Assembly: GCA_903840165.1 (NCBI GenBank)
Contig: CAIMEY010000075.1
Location: 44,365-108,364 of the forward strand
Direction of reading: 5' to 3'
Length of the DNA stretch: 64,000 nucleotides
Source: an uncultured Myxococcales bacterium
Lineage (GTDB): Bacteria; Myxococcota_A; UBA9042
In this document: positions 34,074 to 43,919 of the stretch, one piece after another
Position numbering within the stretch: the first letter of the stretch is position 1
How the letters are laid out: every line of letters begins with the position of its first letter
Position numbers and translations under genes: made by a program
The notes under the pieces: model-generated
Told to the model about the DNA's origin: nothing
Seen by the model: the letters and a program-made list of their open reading frames with translations, nothing else
Databases searched by the model: none

Positions 34074-35200
34074 AGTATTTACAGTTTCAACGATGCCTTG
34101 TGCCAAGCCTCTTGGTCGCCTCAGCGATGGCAGCTGTGCCCGCCTGGGCCGACCCGCTGCCGGCGGTCACGCAACCGGAATTGCCGCCGCCGCAACTGGA
34201 ACAGGCTGACTCAACGTCCGCGCAGCCCGCCCCAGTCGCAGTGCCGGCGACGATCACGCCAAGCGACGCGGGCGAAAAAGTCTATGACGGCAGTGCTTTG
34301 CCTCCCTTCTCCCCGCCCACCCACGAGGCTCCGCTGCCGGCCTTTGCCCCCTTCGATGCGCCGGCCGCTGTCCCTGCGCCTGTCGCAGAAGTGCTTGAAC
34401 ATCCGCCGGTTTGCTCGGGCGGGACGGTCGCGCCCGTTGCCACGTGGCATCCCCACGCCAGTCTGTGGGCGACGCAGTTTCAGTATACCAATCCGTGGAA
34501 TCTTTCTAAGATTCAAGCAGTTTCCCTGGTTGCAGGGGCCGATGCGCCCGGGGGCGGTTGGTGGCTTGCCTCGGCGCAATCGCAGACCGGTCTGCGCTAC
34601 CAAACGAGTGATTTTCGCCAAGATCACAATGTGGTAGGCGGCTACCTGCGCTGGGGACTCTGGCAAGCCGAGGCCGTTCTTGGGCAGGCCTGGACAACAG
34701 CTAGCGATACGGACGGCGCGCGTCTGGGCCAGTTGGGCATAGGCTGGCAGTCGCCGCAATTTGCCGCGCATTTGTCTGCGAGTGCTGTCCGTTATAGCGC
34801 TAGAACTACAGCACAAATCGACCCGAAGCTGTCCTATTTCACCCGCTGGCTCGACCTGTCCCTGGCCGGCCAGGTGCAGACCATTGACGACAACGGTCAG
34901 ACCACCGATTGGCTGGGTTCCGCAGCAATTGCAGCAAATTGGCGTCCCTGGACTCAGGTGAGCGCGACCGCCTTGGGCTGGTACGGGCGGCGGCAATGGC
35001 AGGTCGATGCCCAGGGTGCGTCGCTTTGGAGCAATAATGACCTATTTATAGGCGGTTACCGTATCGAGCTGCGCTACCAGTCTCGCGCTTGGTGGGGGCT
35101 GAGCGCGGTATGGCTGGATGATTTTGGCCGTCAGCAGAATGCCCTGAGTCACAGTTTTCAAGTTCGAGGCGCCACACTGGGGGCCCGCTTTCAGTTCTAA
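34070..35200 (+). CDS. Outer-membrane beta-barrel protein with Pro-rich N-terminal linker
   Basis: Signal peptide MKYLQFQRCLVPSLLVASAMAAVPAWA; alternating hydrophobic strands; C-terminal aromatic residue (ARFQF) typical of BAM substrates; ATGA overlap with the upstream gene. Confidence 0.6.
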   Translation: MKYLQFQRCLVPSLLVASAMAAVPAWADPLPAVTQPELPPPQLEQADSTSAQPAPVAVPATITPSDAGEKVYDGSALPPFSPPTHEAPLPAFAPFDAPAAVPAPVAEVLEHPPVCSGGTVAPVATWHPHASLWATQFQYTNPWNLSKIQAVSLVAGADAPGGGWWLASAQSQTGLRYQTSDFRQDHNVVGGYLRWGLWQAEAVLGQAWTTASDTDGARLGQLGIGWQSPQFAAHLSASAVRYSARTTAQIDPKLSYFTRWLDLSLAGQVQTIDDNGQTTDWLGSAAIAANWRPWTQVSATALGWYGRRQWQVDAQGASLWSNNDLFIGGYRIELRYQSRAWWGLSAVWLDDFGRQQNALSHSFQVRGATLGARFQF

Positions 35201-35271
35201 TAACCAGACGATGTCGTCCGCCGCCCAGGGCGTTACGGCTCGCACAGCACAGCCAACCCACGGAGACTCGA

Positions 35272-35925
35272 ATGCTGCCCTCGCAACGCTCATGGAATCG
35301 AAAAATCCTCGTATTTTCAGCATTCTCCTGCCTCATGTCGGCTCCGGGCTCTGCCCAAGGGCCTACCCCTGCGGACCGGGTCGCAGCCTTGTTCGAGTCG
35401 TCATTTGCCTATGAAGCCAAGGGCAATAGCAGCAAGGCCCTTGCCGACACGCAGGAAATTCTGCAACTGCAGCCAAGTCACTACGTGGCTAATTTACGAG
35501 CAGGATGGCTGGCTTATGCAACTCAACGCTACGAAGAATCGCTCAATCACTACAACCGTGCGGCGGAGTTGGCACCGCGCGCCGTTGAACCCCAGCTCGG
35601 CGTGCTCTTGCCGTTGATGGCCCTAAAGCGTTGGCCTCAGGCTGAGACGATTGCCAAAGGAATTCTCGCTGTTGTTCCGCGCAATTACTTGGCCAGCAGT
35701 CGCCTGGCATTCACCGAGTTTTCGCTGGCCCACTACCGGCAAGCCGAAGGGCTCTATGCCCAAGTACTCAGCGATTATCCAGGCGATTTAGAGATGATGC
35801 TGGGTCTGGGCTGGACCCAGGTGCGCCTGGGCAAGAAGGATGATGCCCGGGCTGGATTTACGCAAGTTCTTGGTATTAGTCGACAAAATGCCAGTGCAAA
35901 GGCCGGCTTGGAGGCTTGCAAATGA
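35272..35925 (+). CDS. Secreted TPR-repeat protein
   Basis: Signal-like N-terminus; TPR-type Ala/Leu/Tyr periodicity (ALADTQEILQLQPSHYVANLRAGWLAYATQRYEESLNHYNRAAELAP). Confidence 0.6.
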   Translation: MLPSQRSWNRKILVFSAFSCLMSAPGSAQGPTPADRVAALFESSFAYEAKGNSSKALADTQEILQLQPSHYVANLRAGWLAYATQRYEESLNHYNRAAELAPRAVEPQLGVLLPLMALKRWPQAETIAKGILAVVPRNYLASSRLAFTEFSLAHYRQAEGLYAQVLSDYPGDLEMMLGLGWTQVRLGKKDDARAGFTQVLGISRQNASAKAGLEACK

Positions 35926-36575
35926 CATCCAGCATCTTGGCCCGGCGACTACTGTTGTTCACCGGCCTGTGCCTTGAGATTTGGCTTGCCACCGCCTGCA
36001 GCACGGCCGGCAGTGCTACCGCAGCCAACGGTGCAGCCTGTGTTGAAAAGGGTGACTGCGCGTCGAATTTATGTTTGATGTCAAGTATGTATGGCGTCGC
36101 TACCGGCTGGCAAGATGGCGCTTGTACGCAGTCTTGCCTAGGCAGCACCTGTCCGGGAACGAGCGTATGCATCGCCATGGATTCCAACAGCTATTGCCTT
36201 GGTGCTTGCAAAGCGGCCGCTGATTGCCGCATTGGCTACGCGTGCGATCCCTTGCTCGGCGCGTGCGTGCCCAACTGCACCCAGGGCTTTTCCTGTGGCA
36301 GCAAATATATCTGTCAGACCAATGGCTTGTGCCGGACCGCGAGCAGTGGTGGCACCGGCGTACCGGGCAGTTGCAGCGTCGACAACGACTGTCGCGGCAC
36401 CGCCGCCTGTCCTGGGACCCCAAGCCAGGGCTGCGTTTGTGCAATATTATCGACGGGTACCATGGCTTGCCGCGCCGGCTGCACCGCCTCTGCCGATTGC
36501 CCATTGACGTTCGGCGGCGCGCACCTCACCTGCGCAACCACCGGTTACTGCTTGGATCCTGCGGCGGGGGATTGA
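35916..36575 (+). CDS. Cys-rich secreted lipoprotein
   Basis: Signal RRLLLFTGLCLEIWLATAC; about 30 Cys in CxxxxC/GxC modules; overlaps the TPR gene stop by 10 nt. Confidence 0.55.
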   Translation: MQMTSSILARRLLLFTGLCLEIWLATACSTAGSATAANGAACVEKGDCASNLCLMSSMYGVATGWQDGACTQSCLGSTCPGTSVCIAMDSNSYCLGACKAAADCRIGYACDPLLGACVPNCTQGFSCGSKYICQTNGLCRTASSGGTGVPGSCSVDNDCRGTAACPGTPSQGCVCAILSTGTMACRAGCTASADCPLTFGGAHLTCATTGYCLDPAAGD

Positions 36576-36759
36576 CTGGGGTACTAGGGCTTGACTTGAG
36601 GCCCTCAACCTTCACAATACCCCAGCGCACAGGGGTGCACGGTCACTGAAATTATTGCACAATAGTTAGGCTTGTGCTCAATGGGTGGGGTCTATTGGCC
36701 CGCCGCGCCGTTCGCTGCCGGGCACCTGCGCATTTCCGTCAGCGCAAATACGGGGTGTT

Positions 36760-37563
36760 ATGTCGCTTTTTCCTTCCGTTCACCTTCTGCTGGCCTTGGT
36801 CTTGTTTTCGGCGTGCACAGCAACGACCAAGACGGCCCCCGCCTCAACGACCGATGTTGCTGACGCTTCTGCGGCTGATGCATCGGATGTTGCACAGGTT
36901 TCTGGTCCCGATGCGGTTCGGGCGCAACCCGCGGGGCCAGGCGATGCACAGGCCTGGACCAATGACGATTCTTGGCTGTATGGTGAGACTTTTTCCAGTG
37001 ATGACGCCATGTTCAATGCCGACGGCCTGGGCGATGCCGATGGCCCCTATGACGCCGTTTGCCAAGCCGCCTGCAACAATGTCGCCGCCGCCCATTGCCC
37101 CGCCGAGCCACCGGTTGCCGAATGCTGGTACAAATGTTCCAGCGGTTTTGTGCAAAACAGTCCTACTTGCGGGCCCTTGTATCAGGCCTACATCGCATGC
37201 CTAGCGGGCGTTGGCAAAGTCACCTGCGCTTGGGACGGTCTAGTGGACCCCACGGTGGTTTGCCCCGACCAGGCCAAGGCGCTCAATACCTGTTTCGGCA
37301 TCGTGCCTTTGCCCGGAGGCTGCGAAGCTGGCCCGTGTTTTGTCTCTCCCGGGGGCAATGGCACCGGCAGTTGCGGGTGCAGCGAAGCGTGCCCGCCCAA
37401 TTCGGCGGTCCAGGCGTACAAAGTCGCCTGCGACGAAAAGCAGTGCATCTGCACCCTCGACGGCGTGGACCAGGCGCCCGTGGCCGTCAGCGATGGCTGC
37501 GCCGCCCAGGGCAATACCGTCAAGGCGAAATCCTATCTGAATTCACTCTGTAAGGCGCCTTAA
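36760..37563 (+). CDS. Cys-rich secreted lipoprotein
   Basis: ATG 36760; lipobox LVLFSAC; Asp/Ala-rich linker, then a Cys-rich domain. Confidence 0.55.
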   Translation: MSLFPSVHLLLALVLFSACTATTKTAPASTTDVADASAADASDVAQVSGPDAVRAQPAGPGDAQAWTNDDSWLYGETFSSDDAMFNADGLGDADGPYDAVCQAACNNVAAAHCPAEPPVAECWYKCSSGFVQNSPTCGPLYQAYIACLAGVGKVTCAWDGLVDPTVVCPDQAKALNTCFGIVPLPGGCEAGPCFVSPGGNGTGSCGCSEACPPNSAVQAYKVACDEKQCICTLDGVDQAPVAVSDGCAAQGNTVKAKSYLNSLCKAP

Positions 37564-37877
37564 CGTCTGCTCTCTTGCGGATGCGCGTCAGCCCCAAGGA
37601 CCTCAGCTTGGCGGCATCCTGATCGCGCCACCGGCACGGCACTTGTCTTGAGCTCAGCCCGGTGGCCTTTTGCACATCGCCTGTAAAGACGGGAGATTGC
37701 CGGCAATTCGGCCGCCCCGCGCCCTGCGCGTTCAGCGGCCGAAGGCCTCTTTGTCATCGGCGTTTGGCGTGCAACATCGCGTAGCGCCGCGCATTGCGCT
37801 ACACTGCTGCGCCCTGGTCGACCGCCCCGAAGGCGCCGCGCCGGTCCCTGGCTGTCCGCCCGCCCTCGGAGAATGCT

Positions 37878-39902
37878 GTGTCAGACCTGATTGAACCCAC
37901 TGTTATTACGACTGAAACGCCAGATAAGGGCCCCGGTTTCGCTGAACTTGGCGTCCAGGAATCGCTCGCTCGGACCCTGGTGAGCCTTGGCTTTACCCAG
38001 CCCACGGCGATTCAGGCTCGCGTCATTCCGGCCCTGCTCAATGGGCGCGATGTGCTCGGCCAAGCCCAGACAGGTACAGGGAAAACGGCGGCCTACGGCT
38101 TGCCCCTGCTGCAAAGGCTCAATGCCACCTCGCGGGCGATTCAGGCCTTGGTCCTGGTGCCGACCCGTGAACTGGCAATGCAGGTGACGGCGGCCCTTCT
38201 GGAACTGTCGAGAGATATTGGCAATCCCGGGATTTTGGCGGTCTACGGCGGCAACAGCATGGGCCAGCAACTGCGGGTGTTGCAACAGGGCGTGCGCGTC
38301 TTGGTGGCGACGCCGGGTCGGTTGCTCGACCACTTAGACCGTGGTTCCATTAACTTAAGCGCTGTGCAGATGGTCGTGCTCGATGAAGCCGACGAAATGC
38401 TCAAGATGGGCTTTCTCGACGAGGTCAAGACCATCCTTGATCACGCGCCGCCAGAGCGGCAAACCGCATTACTTTCAGCGACATTGCCGGGCGAAGTGGC
38501 GCGTATTGCCGAGAAGTACCTGCGCAACCCTGACCGGATCAAGGACCTGACCCAAGCCAAGACTGTCGCCACTGTGGAACAACGCTATGCCGTGTGTAAT
38601 CCACAGGATAGGGCTGAAGCGGTTGCGCGAATGCTCGAAGTGGAGCCCTTTGAATCGGCCCTGGTGTTTTCTCGCACCAAGATGGGCTGCGACGAACTGA
38701 CCGATGCCCTGCAACGTCGCGGTGTTCCTTGCGAAGCCTTGCACGGCGACTTGGCCCAAGCAGCGCGTGAGGCCGTGCTGCGGCGCCTGCGCGATGGTCG
38801 GTTGCGCGTCGTCGTGGCGACCGATGTGGCGGCCCGAGGGTTGGATGTGCCGACCTTGGACCTGGTCGTTACGGTGGAATTGCCAGGGCATCTAGAGACT
38901 TATGTGCACCGAATCGGCCGAACGGGGCGAGCTGGCCGTACGGGCACCTCGATCCTCGTGCTTGGGCCGCGCGACGAGCGGAAACTCGTCGAATTGGAAC
39001 GCTTTATCGGCCAGCGTCTCAAGCACCAACGCGTGCCCACGGCGGCGGAAGTCGATGCGGCCAAGCTGGATCGCTTTGTCAGCGATGTCGTTGCCCGCGC
39101 TGAAGAAACGGAGCTGGCGGCCTGGCACGGCGTCATCGAGCGGTGCGTCAGCAAGGGCGCGACCCTGCCTCAACTAGCGGCAGCCCTGTGCCGGATGGCA
39201 GCGCCGCGTGGGCTACAACCGCTGCCCGTGACAGAGATTTTCCACCAGCCCGAGCCGATCGATCCCCTGGACAAACGCGGCGAGAAAAAGCCCCGGGCAA
39301 GCAGTTCGCGCATTGCCATGGCCCAGCCAGCGTCCGTCGCCCCGTTGTCCCCTTCGCCAACGACCAAGCCCGCGCCGGCCAAACCGGCCGCTGTGCCAAG
39401 TCAAGTCACTGCGATTGCAAGGGATTGGCCGATAGCACCTGCCCAAGAGCCGATTCATCGCGAGCCCTCCGCCGTTCAGCCCGCTTCACCGGCCAAGCCC
39501 GCGTCGCGCCAAGACAATTCGCAGCAACGGTCCATGCATCCCAGTGTGACGCTGGTGTCCTTGGGCGTCGGGCGTCGCAATGGCGTGACCCCGGCCATGA
39601 TCGTGGCGTGCTTGACGCGCGAGGGCAATGTGCCGCCCAAGGCCTTGGGACGCATTGAAATTGATGAGAATCACAGCACGGTGGAAATGCCCGCCGACCT
39701 CGGTGCCGCTTTGCCGGACCTGCTGCGCGGTGTGCAGATTTGCGGGCGTTACCTCAATCCGCGGTCGGCCGAAGAGACGGGACGTCCTCAGCGCAGCCGC
39801 CTGCCGCCGAGCAACAAGCCGCGTCCCGGTCAGGGCAACTCGCCACCGATGCAGCGCGCTACGCCATTTCCGGCAGGCAAGGGTAAGCCCAAGAAGTCAT
39901 AA
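37878..39902 (+). CDS. DEAD-box ATP-dependent RNA helicase (DeaD/CsdA-like) with DbpA-type RNA-binding domain and basic tail
   Basis: GTG 37878 after GGAGAA; Q-motif GFTQPTAIQ, AQTGTGKT, DEADEM, SAT, HRIGRTGRAG; C-terminal DbpA-like RBD (VTLVSLGVGRRNGVTPAMIVACL) and Pro/Lys tail. The upstream ATG at 37794 is an alternative start. Confidence 0.85.
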   Translation: MSDLIEPTVITTETPDKGPGFAELGVQESLARTLVSLGFTQPTAIQARVIPALLNGRDVLGQAQTGTGKTAAYGLPLLQRLNATSRAIQALVLVPTRELAMQVTAALLELSRDIGNPGILAVYGGNSMGQQLRVLQQGVRVLVATPGRLLDHLDRGSINLSAVQMVVLDEADEMLKMGFLDEVKTILDHAPPERQTALLSATLPGEVARIAEKYLRNPDRIKDLTQAKTVATVEQRYAVCNPQDRAEAVARMLEVEPFESALVFSRTKMGCDELTDALQRRGVPCEALHGDLAQAAREAVLRRLRDGRLRVVVATDVAARGLDVPTLDLVVTVELPGHLETYVHRIGRTGRAGRTGTSILVLGPRDERKLVELERFIGQRLKHQRVPTAAEVDAAKLDRFVSDVVARAEETELAAWHGVIERCVSKGATLPQLAAALCRMAAPRGLQPLPVTEIFHQPEPIDPLDKRGEKKPRASSSRIAMAQPASVAPLSPSPTTKPAPAKPAAVPSQVTAIARDWPIAPAQEPIHREPSAVQPASPAKPASRQDNSQQRSMHPSVTLVSLGVGRRNGVTPAMIVACLTREGNVPPKALGRIEIDENHSTVEMPADLGAALPDLLRGVQICGRYLNPRSAEETGRPQRSRLPPSNKPRPGQGNSPPMQRATPFPAGKGKPKKS

Positions 39903-39949
39903 GGGAATTGTCGCTCAACGCGGTGCGTCCGGGCTGTCTCTTGAGCCCC

Positions 39950-40023
39950 GCGGCGCGCCCCCTTGAAACTAGAAGCAAACGCAGTAGCTCGGACCCGCAA
40001 GGAACTTCGGGTTAGAGGTCCTA
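39950..40023 (-). repeat. Copy 2 of the ~65-80 nt element abutting a stop codon (degenerate hairpin arm)
   Basis: 86% identity to 7689-7757; its terminal CTA is again the TAG stop (minus strand) of the upstream gene (40021..42888); also sits 50 nt after the convergent helicase stop. Confidence 0.6.
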
Positions 40024-42888
40024 GTACAAGCCCCAGTAGCCAAAGGTCGTGTACGAACTGCCGTAGAACCAGGCGCGGCCGTTGGAGCCTGAGCACCCGT
40101 TTTGATAGCCGAAATAGGCCTTGCCACTCTGAGGTCCGGGTGGTCCCCAGCCGTTGCCGGCGCAGTCGCCGCCGGTGTCCGCGCAGGTGCCAACGCCGTA
40201 GCAGGCTTCGCACGCCGCCTTGGCCTGCACCGAGCTTGCTGGGTCAAGTGCGCCACTGTACTGGAATTTCGTCGCTCCGGTGGGGCAGGCATAGCCGCTG
40301 CCGTTGGCAAACAGGGCGTGGAAGGAGCCGCAACTTCCGTTGGTACACGCGGAGTTGCACACCTTGCCGCAGGCGCTGCAGTTGTTGACGTCGCTCAGCA
40401 GGTTGACTTCGCAGCCGTCCGACTTCTTATTGTCGTTGCAGTCCGAGAAGTTGGCGTTGCAAGCGCCCGTGCAAACGCCGGCCGCGCAGGTGGGCGCGCC
40501 GATATTGTTGTTGGAGCATTTGCCGCCGCACGCCGCGCAGTTGTTGGCGTCCGTTTGCAGGTTGGCCTCACAGCCATTGCTCATGTCGCTGTCGCAATCT
40601 GCGAAATTGGCTTGGCAAGTGCAGGCATAGCTGCCCGGCGTATTGGTGCAGACGGTATTGGCGCCGCACTTGGCCGTGCCGTTCGCGCACTCGTCAATAT
40701 CGGTGCAAATGAAGCCGTTGCCGACAAATCCCTTGTTACATACGCAGGATACGTTCTGGGCTCCCGGCGTGCACAGGGCGTTGGCGTCACAGCCACCGCT
40801 CGACAAGCACTTGCCGCCCGCACAGGTGTCGCCGCCGGTGCAGCCGTTGTTGTCACTGCAGGGCTTGGTATTGTTGATGAATACGCAGCCTTTGTTGGGA
40901 TCGCAGCTGTCGTCGGTGCAGTTGTTGCCGTCGTTGCAGGTAAAGGACGGGCCGATGATGCAAAACCCGTCGGCGCACAGGTCGCCGATGGTGCAAACGT
41001 CGCCATCATTGCATGGTAACTTGTTGTTTTTATGCAGACAACCGCTCGATGGGTCGCAGGCGTCATCGGTGCAGCTGTTGCCGTCATCGCAGGTCAGGAC
41101 CACGCCCGGGGCGCAGCTGCCGGCCGCGCAGGAGTCGCCGGCCGTGCAGGAGTTGCCGTCGCTGCAGGGGGCAATATTGGCCGCGTGCTGGCAGCCAACC
41201 TGCGGATCGCAGGAGTCATTGGTGCACGGATTGCCATCATTGCAACCCACTTCCTGTCCCGAATTGCACTGTCCGCCGGCGCAGGCGTCGCCCAAGGTGC
41301 AGACACTGCCGTCATCGCAAGGTGCGGTGTTGGCCAGGTGCGTGCAACCCAGCACAGAGTCACAGCTATCGTCGGTGCACGGATTGAGGTCCTTGCAGTC
41401 CTGGGCCTTGCCGGGAACGCACTTGGCGGCGACGCAGGTATCGACGACGGTGCAACCGTTGCTGTCGTCGCAAGTCGCTGTATTTGCTGTAAAAATACAG
41501 CCTTTCTTGGTGTCGCAGCTGTCGTCGGTGCACGGATTGCCGTCGCTGCACGGCAGCAGGCCACTGGACTGGCAAATCCCGCCGGCGCAAGTGTCGCCTA
41601 GGGTGCAGATGTTGCCATCGGTGCAAGGTAACTCATTGTTTTTAAATACGCAACCGATGATCGCGTCGCAGGTGTCCGTGGTGCACGCGTTGTTGTCGTC
41701 GCAGACGGTCGCCGCGCCAGGCAGGCAGGCGCCTTTGGTGCAGGCATCGCCGACGGTGCACACATTGTTGTCCGAGCAGCCCGCGCCGCTGCTGGCGTCG
41801 TACTGACAGCCCTTAGTTGGGTCACAAGTATCTGCTGTGCAAGGGTTTTTGTCGTCGCATTGCGTGCCCGTACCCTTGCAGACGCCGTCGCTGCAGTGGT
41901 CATCTGTGGTGCAGGCGCTTTGGTCGTCGCAGGCGCCGGTCTTGGGCGGGTGCTGGCACTGGCCGGCGATGCAATTGTCGTATGTACACGCAAGGTTGTC
42001 GTCGCACATGCCGACAGTCGGCTCGTCGGTCTGGCCGTCGCAGTTGTCATCCTTGAGGTTGCACTGTTCCGGCAAGGCGCTTGGCGCATCGCAGCCACCT
42101 AGGCCATTGGGCCCGCAACTCCGCTTTCCTGTGCAGGTTCCTGCGTCATTGCCGTTCTCGCATGCTGTGCTGAGCGCCAACTGCGTGGCTCGGGCGTCGC
42201 AGCCGCAAACGAGGTCTTGCTTGATGCATTGGCTGGACTTGACGCCGCCAGCGCTGGCCTTTTCCTGGCAGGTAAAGCCGGCAGGGCATTGGCTGGAATC
42301 GCCGCACGGCGCGCCGCAGAAATGTCCCAATAGTGTTCCGGTGTTATCGGAGTAGGGTACGCAGCGATTGTCAGCACCGCCGAGGACGTTGTTGCAATCG
42401 CTGTCGGCTTTGCAGGGCTCGCACAGTCGAGGCGTCGCCGGCGTGCAGACATTGACGATGTCCCCGCCACTGCTGGACAATTGGCTGCACTTAAAGCCCG
42501 TGGCGCACCCGCCGGCGCACAGGGCGGCGCAGGCTTTGCCTCCATCAATCTCGAGACAAAATCCGGAGTTGCAATCGCTATTGGCCTGACAAACGCAGCC
42601 CGCCTCTGTGCAAGCCGCATCGCCGCCAGATCCTTGGTCGCTGGCCGAGTCGTTGCCGGCGTCGGCGCTGTCCGCCACATCGACCGATGCCACGTCTGCT
42701 TGAGAATCATCTGTTACATCAAGAGCTTGCTCGGTATCGCCCAAGGTCTCAGCAACCTGCGCTAAGTCATTGGTCACCTGCAACTCGTCGCCGCCGCTAC
42801 TCGGGGCCGGGCTGTTGCTGCACGCACTTGCACCAACAATAGCTAGCCAAGTTAGGACAATGATTGGACAAATCGGCGATCTTCTCAT
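40021..42888 (-). CDS. Giant (955 aa) secreted lipoprotein made of Myxococcus-type cysteine-rich repeats plus EGF-like/Ca-binding module
   Basis: Signal MRRSPICPIIVLTWLAIVGASAC; more than 15 repeats of the CDDxNxCTxDxCDxxxGC type (DGNPCTDDSCD, CDDNNACTTDTCD); CTDIDECANGTAKCGANTVCTN EGF-Ca motif. Confidence 0.8.
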   Translation of the reverse strand: MRRSPICPIIVLTWLAIVGASACSNSPAPSSGGDELQVTNDLAQVAETLGDTEQALDVTDDSQADVASVDVADSADAGNDSASDQGSGGDAACTEAGCVCQANSDCNSGFCLEIDGGKACAALCAGGCATGFKCSQLSSSGGDIVNVCTPATPRLCEPCKADSDCNNVLGGADNRCVPYSDNTGTLLGHFCGAPCGDSSQCPAGFTCQEKASAGGVKSSQCIKQDLVCGCDARATQLALSTACENGNDAGTCTGKRSCGPNGLGGCDAPSALPEQCNLKDDNCDGQTDEPTVGMCDDNLACTYDNCIAGQCQHPPKTGACDDQSACTTDDHCSDGVCKGTGTQCDDKNPCTADTCDPTKGCQYDASSGAGCSDNNVCTVGDACTKGACLPGAATVCDDNNACTTDTCDAIIGCVFKNNELPCTDGNICTLGDTCAGGICQSSGLLPCSDGNPCTDDSCDTKKGCIFTANTATCDDSNGCTVVDTCVAAKCVPGKAQDCKDLNPCTDDSCDSVLGCTHLANTAPCDDGSVCTLGDACAGGQCNSGQEVGCNDGNPCTNDSCDPQVGCQHAANIAPCSDGNSCTAGDSCAAGSCAPGVVLTCDDGNSCTDDACDPSSGCLHKNNKLPCNDGDVCTIGDLCADGFCIIGPSFTCNDGNNCTDDSCDPNKGCVFINNTKPCSDNNGCTGGDTCAGGKCLSSGGCDANALCTPGAQNVSCVCNKGFVGNGFICTDIDECANGTAKCGANTVCTNTPGSYACTCQANFADCDSDMSNGCEANLQTDANNCAACGGKCSNNNIGAPTCAAGVCTGACNANFSDCNDNKKSDGCEVNLLSDVNNCSACGKVCNSACTNGSCGSFHALFANGSGYACPTGATKFQYSGALDPASSVQAKAACEACYGVGTCADTGGDCAGNGWGPPGPQSGKAYFGYQNGCSGSNGRAWFYGSSYTTFGYWGLY

Positions 42889-43289
42889 ACCCTTTCACCC
42901 TGCGTTGCGCAGCCATTGCAGGCGCGTCGGCCGCGGCGCTGCCTGGGACAATTCCCCGTTCTGGAACAATTCATGGGCATTGGCGACCGACGCCTGCGGC
43001 CGTGTTCCACCGCGCCCGTGTTCAACGCTCAGCTTGAGGTTTTTCGGACCTCTGTGCAAGGTCTTGCCCCACTGCAGCTACAGACGCCCCGGTAGCGGAC
43101 CGCCATTGACCACCCATGGGGCGTAACGCAGAGTCAAGAGCCAATGCCGCCGTGGGCGCGCAGGGAGGGTTGCAGACAGTGAAGCTTAATTCAAGCAATA
43201 GACTCGCATGGTTGTCGGCACGCGCATGGCATTTGGGCCTTGGCGCATGGGGGTTGCTGACCGCTGTTGCCTGAGCTTCGTTCGAGCCG

Positions 43290-43859
43290 GTGACGCCGTC
43301 GACCTCAGCGGATTCAAGCACTTCAGTCGATGCCTTGCCTCAGGACCCCAGCGCCGCCGCTGCCGATGCCCAAGCGGTTGCCGATAGCACTACCGCGGAT
43401 AGCGCCGATGTTGGCGAAACTTCAGGCGGAGCGGTAGCCAAGCCTATCTGCGAGCCGCCGCTGACATTGGTACAGCCAGGCAGCGATGCCCAGGTTGTCG
43501 GCGACGGCACGGCCCAGAGTTGCACTTTGGCCGCCCTGCAAGCTGCTGTTGCCCAAGGTGGTTTCATCTCCTTTGCTTGGGGCGCCCAGCCTACGACCCT
43601 TGCCGTCACCGCCACCCTGACCCTGCCGACGGATCGCGACACGACCTTGGCCGGCGGTGGCCTGGTGACCTTGGACGGTGGCGACGATGCTGCCTGTGTG
43701 CCCGGCATCACCTGGGCCGACCCGCAGTTGGGTGCCCTCGGGCCTCACGGCGGCGCTGTCCCGACGGTGCTGGTCGCTGCTGGTAGTCCCGCGCTGACGG
43801 CTGGCGTCGATTGCCCACCGACGGACGCCCGCGGCAAAGCCCGTCCGGCCCAAGGTTGA
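43290..43859 (+). CDS. Hypothetical ORF (189 aa) with right-handed beta-helix-like N-terminal segment; possibly a truncated pseudogene
   Basis: GTG start only; an in-frame stop 18 nt upstream excludes a signal peptide; QSCTLAALQAAVAQGGFISFAWGAQPTTLAVTATLTL resembles the start of pectate-lyase-fold proteins, but the ORF is far shorter than such proteins. Confidence 0.3.
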   Translation: MTPSTSADSSTSVDALPQDPSAAAADAQAVADSTTADSADVGETSGGAVAKPICEPPLTLVQPGSDAQVVGDGTAQSCTLAALQAAVAQGGFISFAWGAQPTTLAVTATLTLPTDRDTTLAGGGLVTLDGGDDAACVPGITWADPQLGALGPHGGAVPTVLVAAGSPALTAGVDCPPTDARGKARPAQG

Positions 43860-43919
43860 GCGGCCGGGGCCAGTGAAGGGGTGCAATAGCCTGGTCGTGC
43901 ATTGCCGGTCATGCCGTCA

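Noticed and set aside
7689-40023. The two direct copies of the 80-nt element read as attL/attR of a 32-kb integrated island
   Set aside because: There is no integrase, tRNA, transposase or compositional shift between them. The content is housekeeping/metabolic, and both copies sit precisely at stop codons, which fits a 3'-end element better than att sites.
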